From: Candidatus Levyibacteriota bacterium
GTDB lineage: Bacteria; Patescibacteriota; Microgenomatia; Levybacterales; UBA12049
Reading direction: 5' to 3'
DNA length: 64,000 nt
Assembly (NCBI GenBank): GCA_963716145.1
Contig: OY970292.1
Coordinates: 661,171-725,170 of the forward strand
In this document: positions 60,127 to 64,000 of the stretch, one piece after another
Layout: each line of letters starts with the position of its first letter
Position numbering within the stretch: the stretch's first letter is position 1
Position numbers and translations under genes: made by a program
The notes under the pieces: generated by a model
What the model was told of the DNA's origin: nothing
Seen by the model: only the letters and a program-made list of their open reading frames with translations
Databases searched by the model: none

Positions 60127-60690
60127 ATGATCCAGAATCTTGAGACCGCTACTCTTGCCAATGGGTGCTTCTGGTGCACAGAGGCGATATTTAAAAGACT
60201 AAAAGGTGTTGAATCTGTCAAATCAGGCTACGCAAATAGTAACGTCCCCAACCCGACTTATAAGCAGGTTTGTTCAAAGACTACTGGTGCGGCTGAAGCT
60301 CTGCAAATTAAATACGATCCCAAAATCGTTTCTTTTGAGACTCTCCTTGATGTCTTTTTTGCAACTCACGATCCGACAACTCTCAACCGTGATGGAATCA
60401 ATATAGGCACAGATTACCGCTCTGCAATCTTTTATCAAAATGACGACGAGAAGAAAATAGCAGAAGATAAAAAGAAAGAACTTGATAAATCGGGAAAATA
60501 TACAGATAAAATCGTGACTCACATTACTCCATTTGAAAATTTTTATGATGCCGAAGATTATCATCAGGATTTTTATGAGTCCGGCCAGCGGCCTGATTAT
60601 TGTATGTTCATAATCGATCCAAAAATAAGAAAACTTCTGACGCATTTTAATGATAAAGTAAAAGAGGAATATAAGGTAAAAGACTTATGA
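60127..60690 (+). CDS. msrA: Peptide methionine sulfoxide reductase MsrA
   Basis: ..ATLANGCFWCTEAIF..SGYANS..PTYKQVCS..TGAAEALQIKYDP..SFETLLDVFFATHDPTTLNRDG..GTDYRSAIFY..; likely start at MIQNL (60127) rather than the tracked 60088. Confidence 0.9.
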   Translation: MIQNLETATLANGCFWCTEAIFKRLKGVESVKSGYANSNVPNPTYKQVCSKTTGAAEALQIKYDPKIVSFETLLDVFFATHDPTTLNRDGINIGTDYRSAIFYQNDDEKKIAEDKKKELDKSGKYTDKIVTHITPFENFYDAEDYHQDFYESGQRPDYCMFIIDPKIRKLLTHFNDKVKEEYKVKDL

Positions 60691-60724
60691 TTTCATTGAG
60701 GCCCAAAAATATCGCCCCGGACTT

Positions 60725-61336
60725 ATGACGGGGCGGATCGAGTCCTTAAGCGACGGCGTTTTTGCTTTTGCTCTGACACTTCTGGTTCTGGCACTTGCAG
60801 TTCCCCAACTTACTCCAGTTGAATTACAACACGGAGGACTTACTACCAAACTTTTTGAACTCTGGCCCAAATTCCTGACATATATAATCTCAGCCTTAGT
60901 CATCATAATTTTCTGGATCGGACATGTGATGCTTTTCCATTTTGTGAACCGTTCAAATAGAACATTTATGTGGCTCAACAGCCTTTTTCTGATTATGATT
61001 GCCTTTTTCCCATTCCCAGTTGAGCTTTTGGGACAGTATCCGAGAGAAGTTGCGTCTCTTGCCTTATACGGACTAACTCTTAGTGTGACAGGAATTTTTT
61101 ATGCGGCAATGTGGTTTTACGCAACGACAGATAGGCATCTTATCAATAATAAATTGACAGACGCGCTAATTAAGAAGGGCAAATTGCTTGTGACAGTTGC
61201 GCCAATTGCCTATCTGGTCAGCATTGTTTTCGCGTTTATAAATATTAATATCACTCTTCTTTTATACATTTTTATCCCTCTAGCTTATACACTCCCCAGC
61301 CCGGTTGATGAATTTGTTGATGCTGCAATTGACTAA
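60725..61336 (+). CDS. DUF1211/TMEM175-family membrane protein (putative K+ channel-like)
   Basis: MTGRIESLSDGVFAFALTLLVL.. hallmark N-terminus; 6 TM helices. Confidence 0.7.
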   Translation: MTGRIESLSDGVFAFALTLLVLALAVPQLTPVELQHGGLTTKLFELWPKFLTYIISALVIIIFWIGHVMLFHFVNRSNRTFMWLNSLFLIMIAFFPFPVELLGQYPREVASLALYGLTLSVTGIFYAAMWFYATTDRHLINNKLTDALIKKGKLLVTVAPIAYLVSIVFAFININITLLLYIFIPLAYTLPSPVDEFVDAAID

Positions 61337-61339
61337 ATT

Positions 61340-61879
61340 ATGAAATACGTAGCTTTTTTACGGGGAATAAATGTCGGAGGGAATAAAAAAGTCAGCATGT
61401 CTGACTTGAAAAATATTTTTGAATCACTGGGATTTCAAAATGTCTCAACTTACATCAACAGCGGGAATGTGATTTTTGAAGCTGAGGCGACAACGGATAA
61501 AGTTTCAAAACAGATCAAAACAACTCTAGAGAAAAACTTTGAACCCGCACTCGGACCAATCAAAGTTCTGGTAGTTAGTCATACTCAGCTCAAAACCATT
61601 GCAAGAAAAGCACCCAAAGGTTTCGGGCAAGAACCCGCCAAATACTACTCTGACGTTATCTTTTTAATAGATGTTACTGCTGATGAAGCCTTTGGGACTT
61701 TCGAACCACATCCGGAAGTAGATGCTGTCTGGAAAGGACCGGGAGTTGTCTATTTCCGAAGGCTTAGTGCGGAGCGGACCCGCAGCCGCATGTCCAAAAT
61801 TGTTGGAAAACCTATTTATAAAAACATGACCATACGCAGCTGGAATACTACCACCAAACTTTTATCGTTGATGAACTAA
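61340..61879 (+). CDS. DUF1697 domain protein
   Basis: MKYVAFLRGINVGGNKKVSMSDLKNIFESLGFQNVSTYINSGNVIF.. characteristic DUF1697 N-terminus. Confidence 0.7.
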   Translation: MKYVAFLRGINVGGNKKVSMSDLKNIFESLGFQNVSTYINSGNVIFEAEATTDKVSKQIKTTLEKNFEPALGPIKVLVVSHTQLKTIARKAPKGFGQEPAKYYSDVIFLIDVTADEAFGTFEPHPEVDAVWKGPGVVYFRRLSAERTRSRMSKIVGKPIYKNMTIRSWNTTTKLLSLMN

Positions 61880-62016
61880 AAAGTAATTAAAGATTTTTCA
61901 ACAACTCTTTCCAGTAACTCCCCATATATCGGAACTGAAAATTATCTGGTTTGTATAGGTAATATCTCCCTATAGTTGCTTTGATTTGCTAAATAAACCC
62001 TGCTATAATCCTCTCT

Positions 62017-62736
62017 ATGTCAGCTGACACTATTGAACTACTGGTGCCTCCAACAGGGCATCCAACATGGGAAGAAATACTTGAAAGAGGATACATTGTA
62101 TCTGGAGCACCACGAACCGTTGAAGAAATTCAAAATCCTGATGAATTTGCAGCCATACAAGAATTAGGAGCAGGACTTAGGCTAGAGGGACATATCGATC
62201 TTAGGTCACCCCACGATAGCATACGATCAGGTTCAGCAAGGCTTGCTCCACCTCTTGTTCCAATCCTTGAAACAATCGCAAACGATGCATTAAAAATAAA
62301 TCCTAGTCTGATAGATGGATCACCTATGAATAACTCTTGGCAATTTCGAGTCCAAGTATCAGCAGAAGAACCTTCCGTACATATGGATTCTGTGCTTTTA
62401 AAATTAGGAAAAGAACCAAAAAGATTTGCGGAAAGACCAGAAGGCGCACTAACTTATACTGTTGGTACATCTGGAAGTCTTTTTTATCCTAAACGCTATG
62501 ACTTTCCTCCACTTTCAGGATTGCTAGTAGGACATTCTAGAGACGACTCTTTAAATCAAATAAATGCCTTAATTCGACAAATGGCGCAAAATGTAGAACC
62601 TCAACAAGCCAAACCTTTCATGATAGTTCAATTTAATGGAATAACGCAACATAGCGCTGATTTTAGGCCTAAACCTAAACCCGGAAGCCCTCCTCCTGGA
62701 AAACGCAGAGTACTCGTTGCTTCATTTGGTTATTGA
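62017..62736 (+). CDS. Hypothetical protein (239 aa)
   Basis: Long ORF with ordinary composition; no recognisable motifs. Confidence 0.4.
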   Translation: MSADTIELLVPPTGHPTWEEILERGYIVSGAPRTVEEIQNPDEFAAIQELGAGLRLEGHIDLRSPHDSIRSGSARLAPPLVPILETIANDALKINPSLIDGSPMNNSWQFRVQVSAEEPSVHMDSVLLKLGKEPKRFAERPEGALTYTVGTSGSLFYPKRYDFPPLSGLLVGHSRDDSLNQINALIRQMAQNVEPQQAKPFMIVQFNGITQHSADFRPKPKPGSPPPGKRRVLVASFGY

Positions 62737-62785
62737 TGAAGTGGAATACATTTCCATAACATTTAAGAAGCAGTAAGGCCTATGC

Positions 62786-63361
62786 TTAAAGTTTTCTCAA
62801 CAACTCTTTCCAATATTTTCTCCACGATTCTACAGCTTTTTTATCTTTCAGCTTATCAAGAGTTATTGATAGACTCGATTGGTTATCTCCTTTTGGACCG
62901 ATGTTTGCATATACTCTACTTCCATTTGCCAGATCCACTTTCCAATAACGCCATTCTTTTGTAATTGATGTTCTGAAATCCCCTTTTATTTTTACCTTGT
63001 TAAACTCTTTTTTATTTTTCACTAAATTTTCCCAAGTCTTAAATGCCTCATCTGGAGTACCGTCCAAACTTTTACCGATTGAAACCTCATAGTTCCCAGT
63101 TGTTTTTTGTCCCCAGACGCGGCGTCCTATCTTCTCTTCATAGCCGACAACTAGGCTTTGCGCCCACCAGCCTTCGTTAAAACTTCGGCCGGCAGGCCAG
63201 CCGGATTTAATTAAACCTTTATCCATAATCCAGAGAACAATATCTTTGTGAGGCATTTTTGAAGCTTTTATGCTAGCTAGTATTTTAAACCACTCCTCCC
63301 AGTTCTTCCCCGTCGCCTTCTTCACCGCTTCATCCGATTTCCCTGCAAATTTATCTGCCAT
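62786..63361 (-). CDS. Hypothetical Trp/Lys-rich protein (191 aa)
   Basis: ORF with basic, Trp-rich composition (..NWEEWFKILASIK..WIMDKGL..GWWAQSLVVGYEEK..); unknown function. Confidence 0.4.
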   Translation of the reverse strand: MADKFAGKSDEAVKKATGKNWEEWFKILASIKASKMPHKDIVLWIMDKGLIKSGWPAGRSFNEGWWAQSLVVGYEEKIGRRVWGQKTTGNYEVSIGKSLDGTPDEAFKTWENLVKNKKEFNKVKIKGDFRTSITKEWRYWKVDLANGSRVYANIGPKGDNQSSLSITLDKLKDKKAVESWRKYWKELLRKL

Positions 63362-63379
63362 ATTTAGAAGAAAACTAAT

Positions 63380-64000
63380 CTACAACAATCCCATTTTTTC
63401 TTTCACTTCTTTGATTGTTTGCTGCGCCCTAACTCGGCATTTTTCTGTATGTTCTTCAATAATCTCATCAACGATTTTTGGATTTTCTTCAAACTCTTTT
63501 CTCTTTTCCTGAAGAGGTTTCAGTTCTTTATAAATTGCACTCGCAAGAACCTCTTTCATATCACTATAGCGGATTTTTTTGTCCTGATAGTCCTGAACAA
63601 AATTACTGAACACTTCTTCAGATTCAAACAGTCTTAGCAAGTCAAAAAGATTGGCAACTCCACCCTCTCTTGGTAATTCTCCACCCTGCGTACCGCTGTC
63701 TGTTGGGGCTTTTGCGATGTGCGCTTTTATGTCCTCTAGGCTATCATTTAGGGTGATAAAACTCCCCTCAATTGACTTACTCATCTTGCCAATTCCTGTC
63801 AAAGACGGCACGTACTGACCGGGTGTCGCAAATCTTTTTGGCTCAGGAAAAGTAACTTGTCCTGAGCCCGCCGAAGGAAACATGCTGTTAAACTTCCTAG
63901 CAATTTCCCTAGTTACTTCAATATGCGGTTCCTGATCTATCCCAACCGGGACGAGTTCTGCTTTATACAATAAAATATCTGCCGCCATTTCAATCGGATA
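63380..64000 (-). CDS. trpS: Tryptophanyl-tRNA synthetase, C-terminal ~200 aa (5' end beyond window)
   Basis: ..ADILLYKAELVPVGIDQEPHIEVTREIARKFN.. and class I ..GKMSKS.. motif; frame stays open to the window end. Confidence 0.8.
   Translation of the reverse strand, partial: YPIEMAADILLYKAELVPVGIDQEPHIEVTREIARKFNSMFPSAGSGQVTFPEPKRFATPGQYVPSLTGIGKMSKSIEGSFITLNDSLEDIKAHIAKAPTDSGTQGGELPREGGVANLFDLLRLFESEEVFSNFVQDYQDKKIRYSDMKEVLASAIYKELKPLQEKRKEFEENPKIVDEIIEEHTEKCRVRAQQTIKEVKEKMGLL

Overview
The window is low-GC (roughly 38-40% by eye), dense with monoderm-type surface-protein genes and a minimal-genome gene set, consistent with a Patescibacteria/CPR-like or other small monoderm bacterium (lineage is inference). 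Main content: (1) Two clusters of giant secreted/membrane proteins built from a repeated ~45-aa 'GNVGIGTTxP' motif (1-3876, 7383-12009, 17001-24798). Each contains adjacent out-of-frame ORF pairs that look like single genes broken by frameshifts. (2) Two transmembrane proteins with cytoplasmic DNA-binding-type domains borrowed from mobile-element families: a 4x transposase-type HTH protein (3990-5756) and a 3x integrase core-binding-like protein (7383-9416). (3) A six-gene secreted-protein locus resembling Firmicutes WxL/DUF916 surface clusters (25733-31072). (4) A type-IV-secretion-like trio (34497-38484): VirB2/TrbC-like pilin, a sorting-signal surface protein and a TrwB/VirD4-like ATPase, next to an M23/LysM peptidase and rho. 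(5) A ~2.4 kb high-GC (~65-70%) island (39140-41540) with actinobacterial-looking, frameshifted ORFs and flanking direct repeats. It is followed immediately by a sequence that fits the type III hammerhead ribozyme consensus (41550-41618). (6) A glycosylation/envelope cluster: GT2 (frameshifted), GT4, a 1173-aa polytopic membrane protein, a second GT2. (7) radA, a PIN-TRAM gene, an S1-domain protein, an XRE/ImmA pair, a 23S rRNA gene (minus strand) interrupted by a ~326-nt group-I-intron-like insertion and preceded only by tRNA-Ala(UGC) with no 16S, then msrA, DUF1211, DUF1697 and a partial trpS. Three type II toxin-antitoxin pairs are present. Several dispersed repeat families occur (AT-rich 'gaaaattgaaaa' palindromic terminator-like elements, ATAAC/GTTAT heptad arrays upstream of genes, an exact 20-nt GC palindrome present twice). 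No CRISPR array is present. Five apparent frameshifts in 64 kb suggest either real pseudogenisation/phase variation or indel-type assembly errors; both readings are flagged.
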